Positions 9,909 to 22,283 of a stretch of 64,000 bases of DNA are shown piece by piece. The notes beneath the pieces are model-generated. The model made no database searches. It saw only the letters and a list, made by a program, of their open reading frames with translations, and had not been told where the DNA came from. Both the position numbers and the translations under genes were made by a program. Source of the stretch: Candidatus Latescibacterota bacterium (GTDB lineage: Bacteria; Latescibacterota; UBA2968; GCA-2709665); NCBI GenBank assembly GCA_965248435.1, contig OZ252100.1:1152001-1216000 (forward strand). Reading direction: 5' to 3'. Each line of letters opens with the position of its first letter. The stretch's first letter is position 1.

Positions 9909-12158
9909 TTAAATCATTCCGCGCCGCCGCCTTGTCGACCACTCCAGGGTAAGGAGCCCCAAAAGGACAAACAGGGGCCAGGATTCCCCCCATAGGCGGA
10001 ACTTGAACCGCTGGGTCGTCGGCTGCAGGGCAAGGGGTAATGCGTCAAGCGCTTCGGGCAGTCCTTCTGGAGTGACGAATTGACCCCCCGTCAGTTCCGA
10101 AATCTCCTCGAGCAGTTGGGCGTTCATGCGTGTATCTTCGTATTCAAGGCTGTAATGCCCGACCGCAAAACGGCCCGTCCCCTCGCCAAGGCTCACGCCG
10201 CCCTTCTCCGCGCGAACCCGAAAGGCGTGGTCCCCCTGAGACAGACCGCTGAACTTGCCTCGATACCTTCCCTCACCCAGTCCCTGCAGCAGGACCTCTC
10301 CGGCATCACCCTCTTCGATGACCGAGACCCGAACCGTTGCTCCATCTTCCGGGAGATCCAGCGCATTGAGCACCCTGGCGTAGAACGTGATCGGTTCACC
10401 CCCCCGGTAGATCTGTCTGTCGGTCGTTGCGCGCACACGTTCCATATCTTCCCGGGTCGTCAGCCATCGGATCGCGTTTCCCCAAAACTGCCGCGAGACC
10501 CGATCGCCTTGTCCGACCCCCCACATCATCAGCCCGAATCGCCAAAAACTACGAATGCTGACCATCATCGACTTGCCTGCGCCCGCCCGCGTAACCGCGA
10601 CGAGGGGCATCTTGCTCCCACCCACCCGCGCGACCGGATGCTGAAGAAGCACCGTCGCGTCGGGCCTCGCTCCACCATTCGGATTGAAGGCAAGCAATGG
10701 AGGCAGATCCGACCATTCTGCCTGAATGTCCAAAGGCTGGGCGGAGATCCGCATAATCGGATGACGCTTTCCGGTCTCTGCCACCTCAACGCTGAAATCT
10801 CCGGCCGCGTGGGCATCCGCGCCGTTCGAAAACTTCAGCGGCAGCACCTCGGTCAAAGCCGGCAGGGCATCCGCCCGCTTTGGGAAGAACAGGCCGCCCA
10901 CGAACAGCAGACCTCCTCCGTCGCGCACGAACTCGGCAAGCTTCCGCTCAGCGGCCCCGGCCAGGGCTGCGACCGGAAGGTCGAACAGGACGATCAGATC
11001 CCGATCCTCGACACCTCTCAGGACCTTTCCCAGATCCTGCTTCCGTTCTCCAGACCGGGTCGAGACGATCGCGTCCAGTTCAAGATTGGGGTCGGCCTCG
11101 AGCAAACGGCGAAGGTATGCGAAGTCGGCACTCGGACTTCCCCCGGCCAGGAGGACCTTGATTCGGCTTTCGAGCACCTCGGTCGTGAGGACCAGGACAT
11201 TGTTTGCTTCGGAACGTTCTCCGGGAAGAACATCGACAGAAACCGTGTAGACGTGCCTGCCCGCGTGGTCAGGCTGCAGTTTCAGGTTCAGTAGCTGATC
11301 TCCATCAGTAAGGGCCACCGGCTCGGCCGCAACCCGTCGCCCTTCCTCTTCGACCACAACGAGGCCTCGATCTCCGTCGTATCCGTTTGCGCGGATCCCG
11401 ATCTGAACCGAAACTTCGCTCCCGACATATCCGAGTGGATCGATCACGCCGGAGGTAAGGGCCAGATCCTTGGGCGGCCTGGGGTCACCCACACCCACGG
11501 TGATGATCGGGATACCCAAATTCAGGGCAGCTCGTTCGGGCTGTCCTCCCAGGTTGTGAGCTCCATCCGAAATCAGCACCGCGGCGACCGCACCCTTTTC
11601 ATCCACCTTTTCGCGGACCCGATCCAGCGCCCCCGCGATGTCCGTCGCACGGCCATCCCAGAAAAGGGAATCGATCTTTCCCTCCGAAAACGATACGATC
11701 TCCTCCGAGAACCCCACCCGCTCCAGCCTCGCTGCCGTCCCTAATTCTCGTAATGCATCTCCTCTCAACAATTCGAGCACGACATCCAGGCGCCGCCGCC
11801 CATCTTCCTCCAGCCGCATGCTCTGACTCTTATCCACCATCAGGGCCACGAGCGGCCTCCGATGCCTGTGCATCGTGAAGGCCAGGATCGGTTCCATAAG
11901 CAAGAGCACAAGGAGCAGGCAGACCAGACAGCGTAAGGATACCGCCCACCGAGCAAACCCGTTGCTTTTGAGGGACGGCCAATAGGCCTGCACCGCGAGG
12001 AAGCCGCCCGCCAGGAGCAGAAATCCCAGCAGGATCCCGTTCTTCACGTCCACATCAAAATCAAAGTGCATTCTGCGCCTGCTCGATCTCGTCCGATCCA
12101 CCCCCGGGCAGCGACAGCCTGGGCATGACATCCAGCCCCAATCCGGAACGCTCTCCAC
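9909..12158 (-). CDS. vWA-domain membrane protein with glutamine-amidotransferase-like domain (likely start about 12071)
   Basis: N-terminal TMs, DKSQSM, TDIAGAL, LISDG, and C-terminal TM ending LEW..RRRRG. Confidence 0.75.
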   Translation of the reverse strand: MESVPDWGWMSCPGCRCPGVDRTRSSRRRMHFDFDVDVKNGILLGFLLLAGGFLAVQAYWPSLKSNGFARWAVSLRCLVCLLLVLLLMEPILAFTMHRHRRPLVALMVDKSQSMRLEEDGRRRLDVVLELLRGDALRELGTAARLERVGFSEEIVSFSEGKIDSLFWDGRATDIAGALDRVREKVDEKGAVAAVLISDGAHNLGGQPERAALNLGIPIITVGVGDPRPPKDLALTSGVIDPLGYVGSEVSVQIGIRANGYDGDRGLVVVEEEGRRVAAEPVALTDGDQLLNLKLQPDHAGRHVYTVSVDVLPGERSEANNVLVLTTEVLESRIKVLLAGGSPSADFAYLRRLLEADPNLELDAIVSTRSGERKQDLGKVLRGVEDRDLIVLFDLPVAALAGAAERKLAEFVRDGGGLLFVGGLFFPKRADALPALTEVLPLKFSNGADAHAAGDFSVEVAETGKRHPIMRISAQPLDIQAEWSDLPPLLAFNPNGGARPDATVLLQHPVARVGGSKMPLVAVTRAGAGKSMMVSIRSFWRFGLMMWGVGQGDRVSRQFWGNAIRWLTTREDMERVRATTDRQIYRGGEPITFYARVLNALDLPEDGATVRVSVIEEGDAGEVLLQGLGEGRYRGKFSGLSQGDHAFRVRAEKGGVSLGEGTGRFAVGHYSLEYEDTRMNAQLLEEISELTGGQFVTPEGLPEALDALPLALQPTTQRFKFRLWGESWPLFVLLGLLTLEWSTRRRRGMI

Positions 12159-13215
12159 GGGCCAGACGAAACGCCCCCGCCGCAGCGATCATGGCGGCGT
12201 TGTCCGTGCACAGATGAGGAGAAGGCGCATAGACTCGAAAATCCCGATCGGGCGCGCCGCTCTTCATCTTCGCTCGCAGCGAGGTATTCGCCGCGACACC
12301 TCCGGTCATAAGCACGCGCGCCACACCGAGATGCCTCGCGGCCTTCAGCGTTTTGTGGACGAGCACATCGATCACTGCAGCCTGAAAACTTGCCGCTACG
12401 TCCGCGCGCTCTTTACTGTTCTGTGTATCCGAGCGATCTCGCAGATGATACAAGACGGCCGTCTTCAGTCCGCTGAAGCTGAAGTCGAACCCATCCGCAT
12501 CGCGAAGCCCTCTCGGGAAATCGAACGCCTCGGGGTCTCCAGACTCGGCCATAGCCGAGATCGGAGGTCCCCCCATCGTTACCTTCCCTTCTTCCAACAG
12601 CCCGAGCAGCTTCGCAACCTTGTCGAACGCCTCGCCTGCGGCGTCGTCTCGCGTCCTCCCCAGAACGCCGTATGTCCCCCACGCCGTCACGTGGATGAGT
12701 TCGGTGTGACCTCCGGAGGCCACGAGTGCAAGGAACGGGGGGTCCAGGTCGGGGTGCTCGAGGACGCCGGCGATCAAATGGCCCTCGATGTGATGGACCC
12801 CGATCAGGGGAAGCCCCGATCCCAGCGCGATCCCTTTTGCGACAGAAATGCCTACAAGGAGGCAGCCCGCCAGACCGGGCCCCTGGGTGACAGCAACCCC
12901 GCCAAGCTTCTCCAGCGAGAGGTCCGCAGCTTCAACCGCACTCAAGATCGTCGGAATGACTTTGCGGATGTGATTGCGCGAGGCGAGTTCCGGCACCACC
13001 CCACCAAACCGGCTGTGATCTGTCTGAGAGAAGACCACGTTCGAGACAATCCGCCCACCGGCCACCACAGAAGCAGCCGTTTCATCACACGACGTCTCGA
13101 TCCCGAGCACGGGCTTTTCCCACGCCCAACCGTTCGTAATTTTCCCTTGCTGTTTCATACCTGGACCTGCTCCACCCGGCCAAAGGACGCTCCCCTCCAC
13201 AGGTCCCGGCGGCAT
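12061..13215 (-). CDS. tsaD: tRNA t6A37 threonylcarbamoyltransferase TsaD (start possibly 13158)
   Basis: LGIETSCDETAA, GGVVPELASRNH, HHIEGH, DDAAGEAFDK, CTDNAAMIA. Confidence 0.97.
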   Translation of the reverse strand: MPPGPVEGSVLWPGGAGPGMKQQGKITNGWAWEKPVLGIETSCDETAASVVAGGRIVSNVVFSQTDHSRFGGVVPELASRNHIRKVIPTILSAVEAADLSLEKLGGVAVTQGPGLAGCLLVGISVAKGIALGSGLPLIGVHHIEGHLIAGVLEHPDLDPPFLALVASGGHTELIHVTAWGTYGVLGRTRDDAAGEAFDKVAKLLGLLEEGKVTMGGPPISAMAESGDPEAFDFPRGLRDADGFDFSFSGLKTAVLYHLRDRSDTQNSKERADVAASFQAAVIDVLVHKTLKAARHLGVARVLMTGGVAANTSLRAKMKSGAPDRDFRVYAPSPHLCTDNAAMIAAAGAFRLARGERSGLGLDVMPRLSLPGGGSDEIEQAQNAL

Positions 13216-13496
13216 ATCCCTTCGATAATGTTCAAATTATAGGAAGGAAGGCGAAAATAGGCGAGAGGAGAATCTGATCCTTCGACCAAGCAGGAGCGTC
13301 AGGAGGGCGCGCGGGCTTTCATCAAATTATCAGGCGGTGAAATGACCGGTTCCTGCCCGAAAAAGCGCCGGAAGGAAAGCCAAAAGCTGCATCTCGGTCG
13401 AAACCGAACCGAGCTGCAGCTTCTGTGCCGGGATTTCTCAGATGGCGCCCGACCAAATCGTGCAATGGCATCCATCCGCAGCGCTCGCTGGGAGCG

Positions 13497-13724
13497 CTAT
13501 TTGTAGGATTCGGCGATGTTTCTCCCCATACTGATTTCGCCGTTGTCGATTCGGAGGTTGAATCCACACTCCGGATTACTGCAGACCCAGGCCTTGTACC
13601 GGATCGAAGACCCCTCCCGACCGTAGTCGGAAAGCGGGAGCAGGGTCCCTGTCGAGCACCTGAGGCACGAGACAAATTGAGATTCCATTCTGTCCTCCCA
13701 TCCGCTATACAGCACCACCGACAT
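13497..13724 (-). CDS. Small zinc-ribbon protein
   Basis: CLRC...WVCSNPECGF. Probable start at MESQF after GGGAGG. Confidence 0.65.
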   Translation of the reverse strand: MSVVLYSGWEDRMESQFVSCLRCSTGTLLPLSDYGREGSSIRYKAWVCSNPECGFNLRIDNGEISMGRNIAESYK

Positions 13725-13896
13725 GCCGGAACAAGGCGCTTGCGCCGTCCGGCCTTGCAGAGCAGCCCATCCGCAGCGGGTTGCCCCCTAAAAAACGGCA
13801 AAATATGCCGTAACCTTATCAGGTGCATTAATTTAGACTAATTCACTGACAAAGTCAATTCCTTATTCCTTCGGGGCCGCATTCGGGTGAACCCAC

Positions 13897-13925
13897 TTGA
13901 CAAATCTCTTTTATTCACTTATACT
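13897..13925 (+). promoter_or_regulatory. Sigma70 promoter for the symporter
   Basis: TTGACA, 17 bp spacer, TATACT. Confidence 0.8.
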
Positions 13926-13989
13926 TCAGCTCGACATCGCCCAGGAATCGAGTCCATCTCGATAGCTATTAGCCCGCCTAAGGCAATAA

Positions 13990-15483
13990 ATGCGGACTCC
14001 TTCACAAAACAACCTTCTTTTCCTCATCCTGCTCGCCATCCTCCTCGGGGGGCTGTTCGGCGGCCTGTTCCCCCAGCAGGCGCTCCACACCAAGTTCCTC
14101 GGTGAAATCTTCCTCAACGCATTGAAAATGGTCGTCGTCCCGCTGGTCGTGGCCTCCATGATCGTCGGGGTGACCAATCTAGGTGACATCCGTCGGATCG
14201 GCGGCATCGGCCGGCGGACCGTCATCTACTACATGGCCACGACGGGAATGTCGGTCCTTTTGGGTCTTCTGTTGGTCAACATCATCCGCCCCGGGGTCGG
14301 TCTCCATCACGGTGAAAATCTCACATCGGAGCCGTATGCGGTTCACGATCAGACCGTCTCCCTGCGGGGTGAAGGGCTCGGAGATGCAGGTTATGACGGC
14401 AGATACCGGGTGGTCCTGAAGGACCAGGGCGTTTCGGGGATCATCGATCCGGGAGCGACGCGAACTCGAACCCAGCTTACCGTCTCGGAATGGCTCGACA
14501 TCGACACGGGACAGCGTGTGCGTCCCGACGCATCGGGAACGGGACTGAGCATCGATCTGGCGGTTGCCCAGCGCGTGAAAGGGAAGGACCGATCCATCAT
14601 CGATGTGCTCACCGATGTCCTCGTCGGCATGGTGCCCACGAACGTCTTCAAGGCCATGGTCGAGACCGACGTGCTCCCGCTAATCGTCTTTTCCCTGCTC
14701 TTCGGGGGGGTCCTCACCACGCTCGGCGAACGCGCCGACCCGTTGATCCAGGTGATCACATCGATCAACGAGGCGATTATGAAAGTGGTCCACATCGTCA
14801 TTACCTTTGCCCCGGTCGGCATTTTCGGTCTCATCGCAGCCCGGATGGGTGCGAGCGGCGGGTGGGCGGGGTTCTATCCTGAACTCGTGAAGCTGGGCTG
14901 GTATGCCACCACCGTGATCCTGGGACTGCTCGGCCACGGACTCGTGATCCTCCCGCTCGTCCTCCTGATCGTTGCCCGCAGGAATGTCCTGGAATACGGC
15001 CGCAATCTTCTCACCGCCCTGTCCACGGCCTTCTCTACCGCCTCCAGCTCCGCCACGCTCCCCCTCACGATCGAGTGCGTCCAGGAAAGGAACGGGATCT
15101 CGAACCGTACGGCCAGCTTCGTACTGCCGCTCGGTGCAACGATCAACATGGACGGGACGGCGCTCTACGAAGCCGTGGCCGCAATCTTCATCGCTCAGGT
15201 CTACGGCATCACGCTCGGACCGGTCGAACAGCTGATCATATTTCTCACCGCCACCCTCGCCGCCATCGGGGCGGCCGGGATTCCAGAAGCGGGCCTGGTC
15301 ACGATGGTCATCGTCTTGCGCGCGGTCGACCTCCCCATCGAGGGCATCTCGCTCCTCCTCATGATCGACTGGTTCCTGGACCGGTGCCGCACGACCGTGA
15401 ACGTCTGGGGAGACGCCGTCGGCGCGGCTGTGATCGCCCGTTATGAGGGAGAGTCCGAGGTGCACGACCTTCGTGCTGCCTGA
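13990..15483 (+). CDS. Dicarboxylate/amino acid:cation symporter (DAACS, GltP-like)
   Basis: FSTASSSATLP, LPLGATINMDGTALYE, AAIGAAGIP, DRCRTTVNVWGD. Confidence 0.95.
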   Translation: MRTPSQNNLLFLILLAILLGGLFGGLFPQQALHTKFLGEIFLNALKMVVVPLVVASMIVGVTNLGDIRRIGGIGRRTVIYYMATTGMSVLLGLLLVNIIRPGVGLHHGENLTSEPYAVHDQTVSLRGEGLGDAGYDGRYRVVLKDQGVSGIIDPGATRTRTQLTVSEWLDIDTGQRVRPDASGTGLSIDLAVAQRVKGKDRSIIDVLTDVLVGMVPTNVFKAMVETDVLPLIVFSLLFGGVLTTLGERADPLIQVITSINEAIMKVVHIVITFAPVGIFGLIAARMGASGGWAGFYPELVKLGWYATTVILGLLGHGLVILPLVLLIVARRNVLEYGRNLLTALSTAFSTASSSATLPLTIECVQERNGISNRTASFVLPLGATINMDGTALYEAVAAIFIAQVYGITLGPVEQLIIFLTATLAAIGAAGIPEAGLVTMVIVLRAVDLPIEGISLLLMIDWFLDRCRTTVNVWGDAVGAAVIARYEGESEVHDLRAA

Positions 15484-15643
15484 GTAGTCTCGCGGGGCGT
15501 TTCATCCATAAATCCAACCCGTTGAATTGCACGACCACGGACGACGGACCGCGGACCGCTTAGATCAGCCTATTCATCTCGTCATCTGTCGCCTGCCTTC
15601 TTTTTCCAATCCACGATCCACGGACTCACCTACCTGACGACGA

Positions 15644-17341
15644 ATGGTAACCACCCAAGATAACCCCCTCATCGTCCAAAGCGACCTGACCGTCCTGGTC
15701 GAGGTCGCGAGCCCCCGTTACGAAGAGGCGAGAGATCGCCTCGTCCGGTTCGCGGAACTGGAAAAAAGCCCCGAACACGTACACACTTACCGGATCAACC
15801 CGCTCTCGCTCTGGAACGCGGCGTCTGCAGGCCTTTCTTCCGATGACGTCCTGGACGTCCTGAACGAATACGGCAAATACGAACTCCCGCAGAACGTCGT
15901 CGTTGAAATCCCTGAACTCATCAGCCGCTACGGCCGGATTCAGATCGATCGATCCGGCGAGGCCCTGGTCCTCTCCGTGGACGACCCCCTCTTGATGACG
16001 GAGATCCGGGCGCACAAGAGGGTCGAACCCTATCTCGGAGACCGGGTCGACGACACGCGGGTGAAGATCGATCCCCTCTACCGCGGTCATCTCAAGCAGG
16101 TCCTCACGCGCATCGGGTTTCCGGTAAAGGACCTTGCGGGATACCTGCCCGGAGCGAAACTGAAGCTCCAGTGCGCGACCACCTTGCAAACAGGAGATGC
16201 CTTTCAACTGAGGGAGTACCAGAGGGAGGCCGCGGACATCTTCTATGCTGGAGGCGGACCCGAAGGCGGGAGCGGAATCGTCGTCCTCCCGTGCGGAGCC
16301 GGCAAGACGGTCGTCGGGATCGCGGCGATCGAGCGTCTGCAGTGTCAGACCTTGATCTTGACGACCAACATCACCGCGTCACGTCAGTGGAAGGACGAAC
16401 TTCTCGACAAGACAGATCTCACCGAGGACCAGATAGGAGAATATTCCGGAGCGAAGAAAGAGATTCGTCCCATTACGACGGCCACCTATCATATCCTGAC
16501 CTACCGCAAGAAGAAGACTGAGGGCTTCCCGCATTTCGGGATTTTCAACCAGGGGAACTGGGGACTCATCGTGTATGACGAGGTGCATCTCCTGCCCGCA
16601 CCGGTCTTCCGGTTCACGGCCGAACTGCAAGCCCGCAGGCGGTTGGGCCTCACCGCAACCCTGGTGAGGGAAGACGGCCTTGAAACGGATGTCTTCAGCC
16701 TCATCGGCCCGAAGTGCTACGATGTACCCTGGCGTGTGCTCGAGAAGCAGGGCTGGATCGCCGTGGCCCAATGCTGCGAGATCCGGATCCCCCTCTCTCA
16801 GGACCTCCGGCTCGAATATGCCGTTGCAGGCGGCCGGGCAAAGTTCAGGATCGCGTCGGAAAATCCGGAAAAGGACGCACTCGTCAAAAAGCTGTTGGAG
16901 AAGCACAAAGGGGACCAGGTTCTCGTGATCGGACAGTATCTGGACCAGCTGGAGAGCCTGGTGGAGCAGATCAAGGCCCCGATCATCCAGGGGAAGACGC
17001 CGGCGTCAGAACGCGGCGAGCTCTATAAGAAGTTTCGGCAAGGGGAAATCGGCGTCCTCGTCGTCTCCAAGGTCGCCAATTTCGCAGTCGATCTCCCGGA
17101 TGCGAACGTGGCCATCCAGCTCTCGGGCACCTTCGGCTCCCGCCAGGAGGAGGCACAGCGGCTGGGCAGGATCCTGCGTCCGAAACGCGACGGCGGCCCG
17201 GCGCATTTTTATACCCTCGTCACCCGTGACAGCCGAGAGCAGGAATTCGCGCGAAAGCGGCAGACCTTCCTCACCGAGCAGGGATATCACTACACGATTC
17301 GGGATGCCGGTGATGTCTTCTCTGAATCCAATGACGCATGA
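15644..17341 (+). CDS. XPB/Rad25-like SF2 DNA helicase
   Basis: LIVQSD N-terminus, VLPCGAGKT, YDEVH, GLTAT, QRLGRILR. Confidence 0.92.
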   Translation: MVTTQDNPLIVQSDLTVLVEVASPRYEEARDRLVRFAELEKSPEHVHTYRINPLSLWNAASAGLSSDDVLDVLNEYGKYELPQNVVVEIPELISRYGRIQIDRSGEALVLSVDDPLLMTEIRAHKRVEPYLGDRVDDTRVKIDPLYRGHLKQVLTRIGFPVKDLAGYLPGAKLKLQCATTLQTGDAFQLREYQREAADIFYAGGGPEGGSGIVVLPCGAGKTVVGIAAIERLQCQTLILTTNITASRQWKDELLDKTDLTEDQIGEYSGAKKEIRPITTATYHILTYRKKKTEGFPHFGIFNQGNWGLIVYDEVHLLPAPVFRFTAELQARRRLGLTATLVREDGLETDVFSLIGPKCYDVPWRVLEKQGWIAVAQCCEIRIPLSQDLRLEYAVAGGRAKFRIASENPEKDALVKKLLEKHKGDQVLVIGQYLDQLESLVEQIKAPIIQGKTPASERGELYKKFRQGEIGVLVVSKVANFAVDLPDANVAIQLSGTFGSRQEEAQRLGRILRPKRDGGPAHFYTLVTRDSREQEFARKRQTFLTEQGYHYTIRDAGDVFSESNDA

Positions 17342-18203
17342 TGCCGGCAAGGCATCGACCCCGCGCAGACTCACCGACGTCTTGTTTGCCGCGCTTGAAA
17401 TCACGCGCCCGCACAACTGCACCCTGGTCTTCGGGTCCGTGCTGCTCGGAGGCTGGCTCGGCGTCCATTCCCTCCCTCCACCGCTCCTTCTTGCCGCGCT
17501 TTCGGCCGGTCTGGTCGCTGCAGGTGGCTACGCCTTCAACGACCTGTGGGACATCGCGACAGACCGTCTGAATAAGCCGGGACGTCCCCTCCCATCCGTA
17601 CGGCTGCCCATCTGGCTCGCGAGGACCATCGCTTTCGGTCTGACCGGGCTGGGGATCGGCCTGGCACTCATACTCCCGGCGACCTGCCGGGGCATCGTTC
17701 TGGCCGCTGTGCTCGGGCTCCTCCTCTACAACCGATGGCTCAAGGGCGTTCCTCTTGCCGGAAACCTGCTCATCGGCGGACTCGGGGGACTGACCTTCCT
17801 CTACGGCGGGGCAGCTGTCGAATCCCTGATTGCATCCGCCGTGCCTGCCGCCTTTGCCGGCCTGTATCACACGGGCCGGGAGATCCTCAAGGATTTGGAA
17901 GACGTGAAGGGGGACCATCTCCGCGCCGGCGGAACCCTTCCCCTCAAATGGGGCGTCAGGCGAAGCCAGATCCTTATTACTTCCACCTACTTACTCGTTC
18001 TCCTCGCCACGCCACTCCCATTCCTATTCGGTCTCTACGGCCTCCGCTATCTGGCCGGTGTCCTGCTCCTCGACGCCCTTTTGGCCTACATCGTCGTCGC
18101 CCTCTGGAGGGACCCCGACCCGGGCGCCCTCTCCAGGCTGAATCGGCTCTTGAAGGTCGGAATGGTCATCGGGTTGAGTGCCATATTTCTAGGTAGTGTG
18201 TAG
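17331..18203 (+). CDS. UbiA-family prenyltransferase, DGGGP-synthase-like
   Basis: NDLWDIATDRLNKPGRPLPS and REILKDLEDVKGD, multiple TMs. Start moved to ATG 17331. Confidence 0.8.
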   Translation: MTHDAGKASTPRRLTDVLFAALEITRPHNCTLVFGSVLLGGWLGVHSLPPPLLLAALSAGLVAAGGYAFNDLWDIATDRLNKPGRPLPSVRLPIWLARTIAFGLTGLGIGLALILPATCRGIVLAAVLGLLLYNRWLKGVPLAGNLLIGGLGGLTFLYGGAAVESLIASAVPAAFAGLYHTGREILKDLEDVKGDHLRAGGTLPLKWGVRRSQILITSTYLLVLLATPLPFLFGLYGLRYLAGVLLLDALLAYIVVALWRDPDPGALSRLNRLLKVGMVIGLSAIFLGSV

Positions 18204-18463
18204 TTCTGCACCCTTAGCTGTGGGACTCCGGTCGGGGAAGGACTTGAGCCCATGATTGATGGTGTCGACCTGCCTTTTCAGAATACACCGGCCTTACATT
18301 CCGGCTCTATTCAGGGATGCGAGAGCCGTACCCGGTCTGGACCCTTCAACACATTCCACTCCCTGCGATCGCTCAGTGCAGGCAGACTCAGGGCGGGGAC
18401 CGGTCCCACAGCGATGCCCTGATATCTTCAGAATTTCACTTAACACAACCCCCAGATTTTCGC

Positions 18464-18492
18464 TTGACACAACCCATTGATTATGTTAATTT
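18464..18492 (+). promoter_or_regulatory. Sigma70 promoter for the HU gene
   Basis: TTGACA, 17 bp spacer, TAATTT with an extended TG. Confidence 0.6.
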
Positions 18493-18536
18493 AAGCGCAT
18501 CGTTCCCGGCTCCGTTCCTGTGTAAGGGGGTATGTT

Positions 18537-18911
18537 TTGGCGACGACGACCAAGAAAGACTTGGCCCTGAAGATCAGTCAAGAGACCGGATGCAAGAAGA
18601 ATCTGGCCTCTAAAATGGTCGATGTCGTGTTCGAGGCGATGCGCGAGAGCCTGATCGACGGCCGCCGAATCGAAATTCGCGGGTTCGGTGTCTTTCAGGT
18701 CAAGGAGACGCGTCCCAAGCTGGCCGCCAGAAACCCTCGAACCGGGCAGATCATCTACGTTCCTGCTCGCCGAAAGACCCATTTCAGACCCGGCAAGCTC
18801 CTCAAAGAGGAACTCCACAAGCCGATCGATGACCAACCTGCTCCTCCTCAGAACGTGGGTTACCAGCCTCCCCCACCCAGTCCGAATCCCTCAACTCCTC
18901 CTCAGACCTGA
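18537..18911 (+). CDS. HU/IHF-family DNA-binding protein with Pro-rich tail
   Basis: IEIRGFGVF and ARNPRTG. Confidence 0.92.
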   Translation: MATTTKKDLALKISQETGCKKNLASKMVDVVFEAMRESLIDGRRIEIRGFGVFQVKETRPKLAARNPRTGQIIYVPARRKTHFRPGKLLKEELHKPIDDQPAPPQNVGYQPPPPSPNPSTPPQT

Positions 18912-19047
18912 AGTTCAGTCCGTTTTTCGGGTTCTATAGCTCCTCCGCCAACGCAAATCCGCAAGGCGCTTGACAATCCTGCTGCACGTTTAAATTGGTT
19001 TTCGCCGACTCACGGGGACGATTTCTTCATTTGAGTCGAATCTTGCT

Positions 19048-19070
19048 GTAGTCGCAGGCTTCAGCCTGCG
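19048..19070. repeat. GTAG-type REP-like palindrome
   Basis: GTAGT-CGCAGGCT-TC-AGCCTGCG. Confidence 0.5.
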
Positions 19071-19133
19071 GCACCCCAAAGCAACGTGCCGCGCTAGCTT
19101 CCCCACCACGAGATACGAAATACGAGATACGCC

Positions 19134-19526
19134 GTGAAACGCGCGCTTGTTATCGAAGATCAAAAACCGGTCAGAGACTCCCTGGGCGAGCTCCTCGAAT
19201 TGGCCGGTCTGGAAGTCCGTCTGATCGGCGACGGACAGGCTGCGCTCGATGAGCTGCTGGCCACGCCCTACGATGTGATCACGCTCGACCTCAACATGCC
19301 CTCACTGGACGGCGTCAGCCTGATGGAATCGCTCTCCGTGCAGGAGGGCCCGAACAAGGACACGCCCGTGATCGTCGTCTCCGCCTATCTCTCGTCCGCA
19401 GTGGAGGAAAACCTCAGAGGATTCAACATCGAACATTTCCTCTCGAAGCCCGTGATTGCAGAAGATCTGCTCTGCCCGGTCAAACAGATGCTGGGAATTT
19501 CCTCCACTCAGGCGGATTCCGAGTAA
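19134..19526 (+). CDS. Single-domain response regulator (CheY-like)
   Basis: LVIED, LDLNMPSLDG, VSA, KP. Confidence 0.9.
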   Translation: MKRALVIEDQKPVRDSLGELLELAGLEVRLIGDGQAALDELLATPYDVITLDLNMPSLDGVSLMESLSVQEGPNKDTPVIVVSAYLSSAVEENLRGFNIEHFLSKPVIAEDLLCPVKQMLGISSTQADSE

Positions 19527-19804
19527 AAGACACTCGTGTTTCTTGGATCCTTAAAGCTATTCCCCCACCTCACAACCCCCTGCCTTCGACGAGCGCACCG
19601 ACCGACCCCTCCTGGGTCGAGGTGGGTCACAATAGGGTTTCTGCCCAATCAGACCCACCCCTAGATCGCCGAAGGAGGGCACTTTAGTATTCGCACCAGA
19701 TGCTTTCCGGCGTGCCCCGGAGGGGCGGGGTGGGTCATATTGCGAGCACAAAAAACCATGCCTCCGGCAGCCAACTTTTCTTGTTCGCCCAAGAAAAGTT
19801 GGAC

Positions 19805-19990
19805 AAAAGAAAGGCGCCGCTCAAACGCCGCGGAGGCTCGGGCCGCGGCACCTTACCCTCAGCGGAACAAACGATCACGGCAGGAGGGCCAAATCCTCAC
19901 CACGCGCTCACGATCACTGAGGAACCAAACCGCTGGGAGGAGAAAATTCACTCCTTGCAAGGTAAGTCGCACACCGCGGCCCTGATGGCA
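19805..19990 (-). ncRNA. Candidate structured ncRNA of unknown family
   Basis: Nested complementary blocks across 19840-19982, followed on the minus strand by a hairpin and a U-rich tract. Confidence 0.4.
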
Positions 19991-20090
19991 TTGATCGATG
20001 CGTCACGTGAGATCCAAGACGGCTGCCAAGATGGCGAGTTTCAAAATTAGAGCCTGGAACCTTAACATTCGGCGAGGAAGCGAAAAGTAA

Positions 20091-22094
<2,004 letters not shown>

Positions 22095-22283
22095 CGGGCT
22101 CACCACGAAGGTCGATCGTTTTACTAGCAGTAAAAGGGCACACAATTGTCATTGTTCGCGGCGCTGGGATGCGCCGCGAACGATCCAATGCACTAAGGCA
22201 CAAATGCGTACAAACTTGGAAACAGGACGTCCGCTGGGGGTGCCGTACGGGCCAGGCATGACAATTGTGTGCCGAGTTTTGCC

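Noticed and set aside
10080-13242. Long plus-strand ORFs (404 aa and 342 aa) and similar antisense ORFs over ftsK, ligA and the symporter
   Set aside because: GC-rich shadow frames opposite well-supported genes.
18470-18492. dif site (TTATGTTAATT resembles a XerD arm)
   Set aside because: No XerC arm; better explained as the HU promoter -10 region.
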